IMG/VR virus record: IMGVR_UViG_3300025869_000012
DNA from: an uncultured virus (IMG/VR IMGVR_UViG_3300025869_000012)
Lineage: Duplodnaviria; Heunggongvirae; Uroviricota; Caudoviricetes
Reading direction: 5' to 3' (one strand)
Length of the DNA: 64,000 nt
Below are positions 27,601 through 36,296 of the stretch, piece by piece. Both the position numbers and the translations under genes were made by a program. A model generated the notes under the pieces. It worked only from the letters and a program-made list of their open reading frames with translations. It did not search any database and was not told where the DNA came from. The number at the start of each line of letters is the position of its first letter. Position 1 is the first letter of the stretch.

Positions 27601-30600
27601 AATAGCAACTTCATATTTAGACATTAACTTTTTAAGATCTGCTTTTGTCTTTCCTTTGTTTAAGTAATGATCAGCTATGTTTGTTAATATATAACCAGCA
27701 GGTATTATATGTTCATATCTTAACGCACCTGTATAATCACCTACAAACTTATATGTGTATGGCGCAGATCTACGCAACATAGTTTGCATGTTGCTATTTA
27801 AAGACTGTAATGCTAATATAAAATCTATATCATCGTAGTTATTACCCCTTTGTTTGTTTAAGAAGTCTAGATATTTAAACATAGCAGCTGTTTGCTCGTC
27901 GGCTTCAGTTTTGCTTTGATCGTAAGTTATGTTATTTTTTATTACAGCTTTTGACTCTATTGGGTTTAATTTTATTTCAGAATTACCTAAGAATACATCT
28001 TGACCTTCGTATGTTATTTCATAACCACCTTCTCGCTTGCCTAACTTATTTACTTTAGTAATTTGCATGCCAAGGTTATCACGTAATAACGTGTTTAGCA
28101 TCTCGTCTACATTCTGGTAGTTTTGAAATCTTGACCTTGCGCCAACTCTATCTTTGTCAATTATACTAAGTATACCATCAATAATACCAAAAGCTTTGTT
28201 TGATATTTGACTTGCTGAAGCTGTGTGACCCTTCATAAACTTTAAAACAAACTTAGCAACTTCTTTAGGGTCGTTGTTAAATTCTTTCATTAAGCTCTTT
28301 ATAAACTTCTTGTCTGTTTTTCTTGCTGTTTCTACTCTACCATCTTCAAGATGATAAGCATTTAAATCTTTTTCTAAGTTAGCTATTTTATCTACATATT
28401 TACCAAACATTAGATCATCACTTACTATATCAGCAAACTCTTGCTGTATAAAATCTTCTAATGTAACAACGCCTGGTTTTATTTTAGATCTTTCTGCTTT
28501 TGCTAGCTTTGTAAAGTCACCATACTTAGCGATAACACTACTATATGCTTTTGCCACTTGCAACATTTTTTTATCACCAAACCTTAATAGTTGCCTTACA
28601 GCAGCCTCAACATCAACACCTTTTCTTATTAGCTCAACAATTTGATCGTTAACTTCAAATACTTTTATTCTATCAGGCGGAGCTAATGTTTCTACACTAT
28701 TTTTTATTCTATCACTCTGCCTTACTATTTCAGCTGCTTTAGCTTCGCTTATAACTCTATCAAATAAGCTTTGTGTTTTTGCTAGTCTTTCTGCTATAGG
28801 TGAGTTTTTAAAGCTACCTGTTTTTATATAGTTAAGTAAATCATTTTGTAATATCTCTCTTGCTAGTCTTTGTGATAAATTAATAGCTAAACCTTCTTTT
28901 TTAGCTTGACTTGGTTTGTTATTAGGTAAGAATATATCTAACAAAGCTTGTGGATTTCTTATAAGATTTCTTATACCTTGCTTATCTTTTCTCATTATCT
29001 GTGGACCAGATGTTTTACCCGTGTCAGCTTTACTTTGTCTGTCTATTTTTTTACCTTGCCAGTCCGATATAAACTCACCATTAACAGATTTTTGTACTAT
29101 CTGTGGTATGTTCTTAGCAGCATATTCAGTGCTAACTTCATTTAGCATTGTAGCTGTATTATTTTCTATGAAAGATTTTAAGTCTTTTAATAAAGGTGCT
29201 ATTACTCTCCAGTTACCACCACCTGGGTTTTTAGCTGTAGCTTGAGCAAACCTAGCATTTAATGTTTGAAACAAAGGCGATATACTTCTATTAAGTGTGA
29301 CACCCTCTGTAATATCCTTTGTAAACCTACCTAACTCACCTTGTACTAACTTAGTTAACTCTTTAATTGTTTCTACCGGTACACCTAACTTTTCAGCAAC
29401 ATCAGTAAAACCAAAGTCTTCTACTGTATCTCCTATTTCAGCGGCTATACCTCTTGCTTCATCTATGTCAACTGTCTTCGCTCTTTGTTGCTGCTCTTTA
29501 ATTACTGATTTAGTAACATCAAGTGCTTGGTAGCCTAAGTTACCCATTAGCCAACCAAAGTAATCTGCTCTACCATCAGCATCTTTTATTCTACCGTCAT
29601 AGTTATTAGAAACACTTATAAACTCAGTATATACGTCGTTTATCCATTGTGTAGGTGATATACCCATAGGCCTTTTACCTAGTATGTAGGTATCTAAAAT
29701 TTTATTCTCGATTGCAAACGCTAAAACTTCAGCTGCTATTTCTTCGTTCCAAACAAAATCATCAACAAGTTCATCTTCTTCTCTTCCAACTCTTGAGTCT
29801 CTATAATTTTGCATTATTCTCTCAACAGCATTGTTCATTTTATCTCTTCTTCTAGCAAAGCCTTTAGGATCTTCTTGTAAACTAAATTTTGGTTCTGCTC
29901 TTCTAGCTTTTTCTAGTGATGATCTTTTTTGATTATACTGTACAAAAGAATCAAAATATCTTAACAACTCCGCAGCATTGTTAAAATCTATTTGAGGTAC
30001 AACAGCACCAGCAAATCCGCCAAAGAAAGCAGCGTGGTCTTTAACCTTATGTTTATTTGCTAAGAAATACTCAAAGAACATTGGAATAACTTCAACTTGA
30101 CTTTGATCTTTTATTTGCTCGTATATATCAGGCAACGCGTTTTTAGTGTACTCTTTTATAGCGTCTGATATTTCTGCTTCTCTAGCTGTATCAACACCTT
30201 TGCTTGAATCAAATGTTAAAGCGTCATCAACAACAGCGTGAATAACCTCATGTGGCATTGTATACGCTCTTCTATTTTTAACTGCGTTTTCTTTTATAGA
30301 TATTGCTGTTCTAATATTTTGGCCGTTACTATTCGTAGAATCAAGCTGTATACCATTTTGTTTGCCCTCTCTAATATTTCTTATTATCTCTGCTTTTTCA
30401 GCTTCTGTTTTGTCAGACTCTTTTATTCTTTCTATAGCTTGCTCTTTTGTCATGGACTTAACTTCCATGTCATATCTTCTACCTTTCTTTTTATTATGCT
30501 CTTTTGCTATTTTTTTATATACTAAAACTTGACTATCATGTAAGTCTTCGTAGAACATTTCTTCAGCTCTAGCTTCAACATTTTCAACACCTTCAGCTTT

Positions 30601-33369
30601 TGCGGCATCAATGTACTGATCATATTTATCTTCATTTTGCTTGTCTTTAGAATCTTTTAATAGCTTAAATTGATTTAGCTTACCACTTTTTATTGCATCA
30701 AGATGAGCAATAAGTCCATCTTCTTTAGCAAGCTCAACTTCAATCTCTAGTTTTCTAGTATCAAGCTCTGCCGCTGTTATTTCACCATCTTTGTACTGCT
30801 TTTCTAAAGCTTCATACTCTAGTCTTTTTTGGTTTATGAGAGCTTCTTGTCGCATTATCTGACCCAATATTGCTTTGTTAAAAGCTGGTAGTTCAGGTAT
30901 TAAAATTTTATATTGTTTATCTAAAGCATCAGCTGACTCTTGTACTTTCTTTTTTTGCGCTTCAATTAACTCGTCATATTTTTTAGAGTCAATTCCAGTT
31001 CTAGATTTAAAATCATTTTGCCTTCTTCTTAGATCATCTAATCTACTAACTTCATTGTGAAAGCCTTCATATTGTTTTGTTAAACCATCTCTTGTTTTAC
31101 TATCAACAGTGCTTGCTATAGCTGCGCCGTGAAGTGTACTTGCAATTCCCATACCTCCACCCATAATCATACCACCAAAAAAAGCTGTAGGTACACCTTC
31201 CATTATTGGTCTTTTATCTAAAACATTTTGCATTACTTGAGTAGCGCTTTCACCTAAACCTTCAGCTCCAAAAGCAAGTGGAACAGCTGATAGAAAGTTT
31301 TTTTGCAAGTATTTTCTACCTGTTGGTGCAAGTGCTTTTATCACCTCATCGCTACCTATTCTAGGTAAACCTCTAGGTGATATCATATTATCAACTAATT
31401 TAAATGTTGTTAACCTTTCACCCGCGTATTCTGCTAAACCATGACCAGCGGATATAAACATTTTTTGTGCTAATGATGTTTTGCCAGCTGTTGGATTTAT
31501 ATATTCGTCGAAGTCATACTCTGATCTTCTAGCACCACCACCTAATCCCATCATACTACCAAATCTTGCAGCTCCAGTTAATGGCCCTGCGAAAGAGGTT
31601 AAAGCTATAGTACCAACTATAGGTAAAAAATCAGCAATCATATCAAAAGCTAATTCACCAACACGGCCCTTTTGAAACGCGGTGCCAATATCTTTTACAC
31701 CTTCTCTATATTTACCTTCTATTTTTTGGTATTGCTTTTGCCTTTCAATATTAAACTTATTTATAGATTCGTCTGATAGCGATGGAAAAGTTTTTTTAAA
31801 CCAGTCAGAGTTTTGTTCACCACCTTCAAATAGTGTTTTTTCTAGTGATTCACCACCATCTTTACCTGCTTTAGAAGCAGCTGTTAATATCATATCTACA
31901 TCTGATGCTGTTCTACCCCAAAATGTCCATAAGTCATTTATAGTTCTATCTGTTGCTTGATCAAATTTATCAAACCACCTTTTGGTCATATTAAATGATT
32001 TTCTAGCAACCTCTAATTGTTCAGATGTATTTTCAACATAATCAATACTACTTAATATGTTTCTGCTTTCAGCATCGATATCAAATATTTTACCACTAAC
32101 TCTTTCACTTAAAACTCTAAGTCTTTCTCTATCACCATCATTCATGCTGTACATCATTTGCTGAGAGTTTTCATGCTCATCATACTTGTCTAATAAAGTA
32201 TTTAATGCAACAACATCTGGGTCAGCGTCAAAGTTTTGATTTAACAAGTCAACAGTTTCTATTCTACTTTCAAGGTTTTTTGCGGCTGATGATTCTAAAG
32301 CTTTACCACCTATATACACTTGCGCTTGCTTTTCAAGGTCCGCCTCAGAATCAAAAACTGGAAGTCCTGTAGAGGATGAAAAGATCTCAGTTTTACCTAT
32401 GTCTGATAAGTACTTATCACCCTTAGCTGCTCTTTTATCAAACAGAGCTTTACGTGTGTATAGTTGCCTAGCTATTCTTTCTATATCTTCGTTTGTTGGG
32501 TTTTTATTATCTTCTTTGTCAGCTAAATAAAGTTTTGCTTGTTGAATAATTTCTTTATACGGCATGTAAGTAGTTGTTACTTGAGTACCAGGTGCTGTTC
32601 CAGGCATTCTACTTGTTTGTACTTCAAATAGGTTTACCTCTTTTGCAGATGCTATTACAGCGTCTTCTTCTGCGTCAGTTAACTTAACAGCGTCATAGTA
32701 ATCTCTACCTATCTCGCTATATACAGATCTAATTTTTGACTGTCCTTTTTTAAAAGCATCAGAGTCTCTATCAACATTAGCGTTAAAAAACTCTGTTAGT
32801 ATTTCTTTGTTTTTGTTTTGATCAGTAGGATCAAGTAGTATGGTTTGCTCTTTACCGTTAGGTGCAGTTATTATTAAAGATCTTTTACCTTCAACACTAA
32901 ACTGAGCGTTCATTACACTACCAGCTTCCATAAGACGTTTCTCTGTCTCGCTGTAGCTGTTACCTTTTTTAACTTTAAAACCGTATGGGGAAAGTAATTG
33001 TTTGACATGATGGTAGTCTTGTGTGAGTGTTTTTGTACCATCATAAAAATTATCCAATAATTCTGTTGGATCTATGTCGGGATCGACTTTAACTTTTTCT
33101 TTAGTTTGTAATCTTCTTTCTGTTTCTTCGTTTTCTATTACAGCATCTACATCAGCCTCTTCATATGCTCTATATATTCTTGCACCAATAGCAGCTGACT
33201 CTTGTCTGTCAAGAGTTATGCCCTTTGGGTCAGTGACTTTTTTCTTAAAGTCATTAATAAATCTATTTACATCGCCTCTGTAATACGTCTCTATCTCGTT
33301 AATTTTATCATCAGTAATCTTAACGTCTGGAGCATATTGACGATAAAACTCAAATATAGTCTCCTTCAT
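24685..33369 (-). CDS. Giant polyvalent/ejected virion protein (2894 aa)
   Basis: HEVIH zincin motif, HAD motifs DFDDTL / LTAR / FADD, long helical C-terminus; last of the ejection-type genes. Confidence 0.75.
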   Translation of the reverse strand: MKETIFEFYRQYAPDVKITDDKINEIETYYRGDVNRFINDFKKKVTDPKGITLDRQESAAIGARIYRAYEEADVDAVIENEETERRLQTKEKVKVDPDIDPTELLDNFYDGTKTLTQDYHHVKQLLSPYGFKVKKGNSYSETEKRLMEAGSVMNAQFSVEGKRSLIITAPNGKEQTILLDPTDQNKNKEILTEFFNANVDRDSDAFKKGQSKIRSVYSEIGRDYYDAVKLTDAEEDAVIASAKEVNLFEVQTSRMPGTAPGTQVTTTYMPYKEIIQQAKLYLADKEDNKNPTNEDIERIARQLYTRKALFDKRAAKGDKYLSDIGKTEIFSSSTGLPVFDSEADLEKQAQVYIGGKALESSAAKNLESRIETVDLLNQNFDADPDVVALNTLLDKYDEHENSQQMMYSMNDGDRERLRVLSERVSGKIFDIDAESRNILSSIDYVENTSEQLEVARKSFNMTKRWFDKFDQATDRTINDLWTFWGRTASDVDMILTAASKAGKDGGESLEKTLFEGGEQNSDWFKKTFPSLSDESINKFNIERQKQYQKIEGKYREGVKDIGTAFQKGRVGELAFDMIADFLPIVGTIALTSFAGPLTGAARFGSMMGLGGGARRSEYDFDEYINPTAGKTSLAQKMFISAGHGLAEYAGERLTTFKLVDNMISPRGLPRIGSDEVIKALAPTGRKYLQKNFLSAVPLAFGAEGLGESATQVMQNVLDKRPIMEGVPTAFFGGMIMGGGMGIASTLHGAAIASTVDSKTRDGLTKQYEGFHNEVSRLDDLRRRQNDFKSRTGIDSKKYDELIEAQKKKVQESADALDKQYKILIPELPAFNKAILGQIMRQEALINQKRLEYEALEKQYKDGEITAAELDTRKLEIEVELAKEDGLIAHLDAIKSGKLNQFKLLKDSKDKQNEDKYDQYIDAAKAEGVENVEARAEEMFYEDLHDSQVLVYKKIAKEHNKKKGRRYDMEVKSMTKEQAIERIKESDKTEAEKAEIIRNIREGKQNGIQLDSTNSNGQNIRTAISIKENAVKNRRAYTMPHEVIHAVVDDALTFDSSKGVDTAREAEISDAIKEYTKNALPDIYEQIKDQSQVEVIPMFFEYFLANKHKVKDHAAFFGGFAGAVVPQIDFNNAAELLRYFDSFVQYNQKRSSLEKARRAEPKFSLQEDPKGFARRRDKMNNAVERIMQNYRDSRVGREEDELVDDFVWNEEIAAEVLAFAIENKILDTYILGKRPMGISPTQWINDVYTEFISVSNNYDGRIKDADGRADYFGWLMGNLGYQALDVTKSVIKEQQQRAKTVDIDEARGIAAEIGDTVEDFGFTDVAEKLGVPVETIKELTKLVQGELGRFTKDITEGVTLNRSISPLFQTLNARFAQATAKNPGGGNWRVIAPLLKDLKSFIENNTATMLNEVSTEYAAKNIPQIVQKSVNGEFISDWQGKKIDRQSKADTGKTSGPQIMRKDKQGIRNLIRNPQALLDIFLPNNKPSQAKKEGLAINLSQRLAREILQNDLLNYIKTGSFKNSPIAERLAKTQSLFDRVISEAKAAEIVRQSDRIKNSVETLAPPDRIKVFEVNDQIVELIRKGVDVEAAVRQLLRFGDKKMLQVAKAYSSVIAKYGDFTKLAKAERSKIKPGVVTLEDFIQQEFADIVSDDLMFGKYVDKIANLEKDLNAYHLEDGRVETARKTDKKFIKSLMKEFNNDPKEVAKFVLKFMKGHTASASQISNKAFGIIDGILSIIDKDRVGARSRFQNYQNVDEMLNTLLRDNLGMQITKVNKLGKREGGYEITYEGQDVFLGNSEIKLNPIESKAVIKNNITYDQSKTEADEQTAAMFKYLDFLNKQRGNNYDDIDFILALQSLNSNMQTMLRRSAPYTYKFVGDYTGALRYEHIIPAGYILTNIADHYLNKGKTKADLKKLMSKYEVAIIPETMDKQIPMGSLMARGYQAGDNALANRYYTIANFGKDNFYPVKNINNGDVFGDVFSKKSLQRLNIRAKNSVEKRSDSKAAQHFVVAMKKSIDPNAKQKGASVIDFDDTLAKTTSKVLYTLPNGTKGKIDATEFATRSEALEAKGADFDFSEFTKVKAGKRGPFFGKAQALKDKFGNTDIFVLTARPQDAAPAIQKFLSGIGLDLKIENIIGLENGTPQAKADWITSKVAEGYNDILFADDAIKNVKAVANVLDMFNIGGKIYQARQKFSKEGSTEKTLDKILDENNPDSDVAGRTVDETEAREKGRPGFWLKELFNFRSKINQIFIPPSAEDLKGLWDNHIAGKGRKGESDKVWFEETILRPYARAERALDRIKLAIRDGMVNLKKMYGKDFVQDLYKDAMPEFTRMDAARIYLWWRAGHDIPGVTTEQFDKLLDYVMKDQQLKNYADNVFELLNDNIKPALVPLFELYPPPTQYWKQQDINSDVEFVFKFIRPSIHQEFIDNRYNVFTPEMMNKIQAIYGTQFREALEDIFFRMEEGVNRNASQINNPWIKWLNFATGNIMFVNIRSALLQSISATNFIEVTGPNNLFNTLARVMDRKQWVADFTALWNSEFLRNRRGRGKIDIVQEEIQRTVASEKDPFLRLASILQNKGYAPTRFMDSLAIAFGGAAYYRNLINDYVSKGMDQVQAERTAMRDFREKAEASQQSARADLISMQQASVMGRIFLTFQNVTMQYTRLGKKALNDFKNGRRVKNADGTFKSLRDSRLEQAWQMFQFMAYQNLLFAGLQKAIILMFALGEGEEVEEKQKIDYLNAALDSILRGSGIVGGILSVVKNIGIEIARGNRRNLDVKVLEISPTISTKFRKAAKIINAIGKGNYKDLLIETPSFIYGLPTDRIERLIRQIEAGVDLHDQGYKSYERILMSLGWSTYDFGLAKPPTVLDILDLSEKTTKKPKGRGGRKGRTGRKNR

Positions 33370-33370
33370 T

Positions 33371-34987
33371 TTATTCTGTTACTAGTGGATTATCTGGCGT
33401 TGTGCCGTCACCTTGTCCTGATATGTATGCGTCATCAACAATCATATTTTCAAAAGAGTCTCTGTAAGCTTTTCTAAAGAAAGCTTCTATTGATCGCCTA
33501 CTGTTTAAACCTGCTGGTATCGTTATAACTGAAGGTTTATATTTAGCTCTTTGTTCTCTAGTTGTTTGTTCGTCACCAGCTGTTCTTATTTCACTTGGGT
33601 ATATAACTATAGAATCACCAGCCTTTAAAGAGTCTACATCATATATTGATTGTTTAAATCTACCTGCTTCATCACCTCTTATGTTTGCATCGTATCTACC
33701 AGTTTTTCTTGCTTGTTCTACTAAGCTAACAACATCTTCGTATCCGCCTGTTGTAACATCTACACCTTTTGTATCCATACTTGCAGGTATAAATCCAATG
33801 TTAAGTGGTGCACCGTCTGCATCAACTAAACCAGCACCATTAAATACAGTCTCTATTTGACTTATATACAGTTTACCATCTTCACCATTTGGCACGTTAT
33901 GGCTACTAAGCATCCTTCTAACATCATCATTTATTTGCATTGTTTTATATACATTAAATGCGTTTTTATCACCACCTAAAGCTCTATTGTAAGCTTGGTT
34001 TCTTCTGCCCGTTGCCTCTTGCTCTACTTTAAAAGCTCTAAATTTAGGTAAATATGTGTCTTTAAAAAACTGAGTTATACCTTCTTTTAATTCACCTTTA
34101 TTAGCAGGGTCTTGCCACCACTTGCCAAAATCAGAATCAGGATTTGTTTTTTCGTATTGTTCTTGTCTTGTTTTTACAAACTCTATATCATCAAATGTTT
34201 GTAAGCCATTTACCGATTCAAAATCACCGGCAAAACTTCTTAACTGATCAAAGTTTAATGTGTTAGTGAAGTTTCTAACGTCTTGTGTCCATGCTGTTTC
34301 GTTCCATTTACCCTCACCTATAAGCTTAACAGCATCGTTATATTTAGCATTCATAGCTTCTATTTCTTTTGTTGCAGGTGCAACAACTCTAGGCTCTTCA
34401 CCTTCGTAAGCTGTGCTAGTTTGTGGGTTACCATCTTTATCAATCCAATTGTATTCAACACCAAACCTACCATCTCTAAAAACTGGTTTTGTATTTTTAG
34501 AGTTATTGTAACCAAGTAGTTTATTTCTTTCGTTTACACTTAAACCTTCTGTTATAGCTCCTTCTTCAGCTAACTGAGCAAACTCTCTCGCGTTTTCTTT
34601 CCACAAGCCTATTTTGGTTCTCATGCCAGACATGCCTACCTTTAACTTAGACATTTTAGCTACAGCATCGATATACTCTTTACTTGTCTTATCTCTTGTT
34701 GTCTTAACAATTTGTGCGGCCTCAGCATACTCTTGTTTTTGTTTACTTAACTCAGCTGTCATTTGTGGTCCCCAGTCTTCTGGATACTCATCTGTTTGTA
34801 GCCTCTCTATTTCATACGCTGTCATAGTTTCAGAGTATGTATCTTCTGCTTTCTTACGTATTTCTACTTCTTTTTCTATAGCTTTGCCTAAAGTTTTATT
34901 AATAGTTTCGCTATAGTCTACAAACTTGTTAGCATCACCTAATGCTTTTTGCTGTTGTAATAATATACTCGTTGATTCTAATGCCAT
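33371..34987 (-). CDS. Putative internal virion (ejection) protein
   Basis: Helical 538-aa protein next to the giant protein. Confidence 0.5.
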   Translation of the reverse strand: MALESTSILLQQQKALGDANKFVDYSETINKTLGKAIEKEVEIRKKAEDTYSETMTAYEIERLQTDEYPEDWGPQMTAELSKQKQEYAEAAQIVKTTRDKTSKEYIDAVAKMSKLKVGMSGMRTKIGLWKENAREFAQLAEEGAITEGLSVNERNKLLGYNNSKNTKPVFRDGRFGVEYNWIDKDGNPQTSTAYEGEEPRVVAPATKEIEAMNAKYNDAVKLIGEGKWNETAWTQDVRNFTNTLNFDQLRSFAGDFESVNGLQTFDDIEFVKTRQEQYEKTNPDSDFGKWWQDPANKGELKEGITQFFKDTYLPKFRAFKVEQEATGRRNQAYNRALGGDKNAFNVYKTMQINDDVRRMLSSHNVPNGEDGKLYISQIETVFNGAGLVDADGAPLNIGFIPASMDTKGVDVTTGGYEDVVSLVEQARKTGRYDANIRGDEAGRFKQSIYDVDSLKAGDSIVIYPSEIRTAGDEQTTREQRAKYKPSVITIPAGLNSRRSIEAFFRKAYRDSFENMIVDDAYISGQGDGTTPDNPLVTE

Positions 34988-34998
34988 ATCTTTTTATT

Positions 34999-35760
34999 TT
35001 AACCTGCGCCTACAAAACTTAACGCTGCTCCTGCTACGTTACCTATACCACCGACTAATGCTTCTGTAGCGTCTTTTCTTGCTTGATCAGCTATTGCTTT
35101 TCTCTGTGTTGCTAACGCTAATAAGGTTTCGTTTTTATCTCTTACTCTTTGTTCAGCTGCTTGTTGTGCTTGAAATCTAATGTTTTCACCCTGAGCTATA
35201 TTTATTTGGTTTGTAGCTTCTTGCTGACCTATACCACCAGCTATTTGTGCTAGGTTGCCTTGTTGCTGCTGTGATAATGTTTGAGCTAAACCGGCTATAC
35301 CTGATCCACCCGCTGCGCCTCTAAGTTGTGCCATTGTGTTGGCTGCCATTTGTTGTTGTTGTCTTGCTTGAAATTGAGCTTGTAATTGATTAACAGTAAG
35401 GTTTGCAAATGGGTTTATTGGTTGACTACCATAATAATTCATTTGTTCAAACGACGACATCCTGTTTCTGTACGCATCTCTAGCTTGTGCCTGTTCTTGT
35501 CTTCTAGCTCTTCCACCTACTATACTAGATGCTATACTAGCTAGACCTCCAATGCCTTGGCCTATTGCTCCTACTTGTCCACTTGATAAATCTCCTAACA
35601 TACTTGTTTTGTTTTCTTTTTCTGTACCATATATTTTATCAACACCACCTCGATCAGCAACTTGTTGATTTAAGTCTGCAATGTTTGAAAGAATATTTCC
35701 TTGTCTTGAAATAGGAATTGCACCCATTGCTTGATTCAGCGCTCTAGTTTGTTCACTCAT
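34999..35760 (-). CDS. Putative ejection/pilot protein
   Basis: Gly/Ala/Gln-rich amphipathic helices typical of podovirus core proteins. Confidence 0.55.
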   Translation of the reverse strand: MSEQTRALNQAMGAIPISRQGNILSNIADLNQQVADRGGVDKIYGTEKENKTSMLGDLSSGQVGAIGQGIGGLASIASSIVGGRARRQEQAQARDAYRNRMSSFEQMNYYGSQPINPFANLTVNQLQAQFQARQQQQMAANTMAQLRGAAGGSGIAGLAQTLSQQQQGNLAQIAGGIGQQEATNQINIAQGENIRFQAQQAAEQRVRDKNETLLALATQRKAIADQARKDATEALVGGIGNVAGAALSFVGAG

Positions 35761-35763
35761 GTT

Positions 35764-35774
35764 ATTATAATTAC
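35764..35774 (-). promoter_or_regulatory. Candidate late promoter TGTAATWRTA
   Basis: Same motif upstream of genes starting at 35760, 55276 and 59935. Confidence 0.35.
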
Positions 35775-35786
35775 ATTAATTTTGTT

Positions 35787-36290
35787 TTATTTACTACTTT
35801 CAAATATCTCGCTACCTACAGCGAATAATTCAGTCTTTTTACTGCTACCAGGTGTTAGTCGCATCTTAACTTGCATGTAATAACCTAGTAAGCCATTGCT
35901 TTGTGCTACTTTATCTTTAACCACAAAAAAGTAATGGTTACCTCTTGCGCCTGTGACGGTAAAAGGCCAAGACCCACTGTCCCACTCGCTACTGTTAGCT
36001 GTTGATATGCCTAAACCAATATTAACCACATCTTTTAAATCTATTGCATGTTCATTTAACGTGGCATTATAAGTTGCCGTACCGTATACACTTGTGTCTA
36101 TAGTTAATACAGTAGTACTTTTTGCTATAATAGCACCGCATAAATGAGGTGTAGCCATGCTACCAGATGATATATCTGAAACATACAATAGATCATATGC
36201 TCTATCGTCTACGTCAAAACTGCTATAACCAGCTGAGCTTTTTGCTTCTATGTCTGCTGGTATTTCACTAAATGATATTGTTGCACTCAT
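35787..36290 (-). CDS. Tail protein resembling a muzzle C-terminal segment
   Basis: GLLGYY...ELFAVGSE..ESSK C-terminus; directly after the 2065-aa tail gene. Confidence 0.5.
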   Translation of the reverse strand: MSATISFSEIPADIEAKSSAGYSSFDVDDRAYDLLYVSDISSGSMATPHLCGAIIAKSTTVLTIDTSVYGTATYNATLNEHAIDLKDVVNIGLGISTANSSEWDSGSWPFTVTGARGNHYFFVVKDKVAQSNGLLGYYMQVKMRLTPGSSKKTELFAVGSEIFESSK

Positions 36291-36296
36291 AATTTT

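Noticed and set aside
24685..33369. crAss-type virion RNA polymerase
   Set aside because: No DxDxD catalytic motif in polymerase context; KIFDID lies in a coiled-coil region and DFDDTL is a HAD motif
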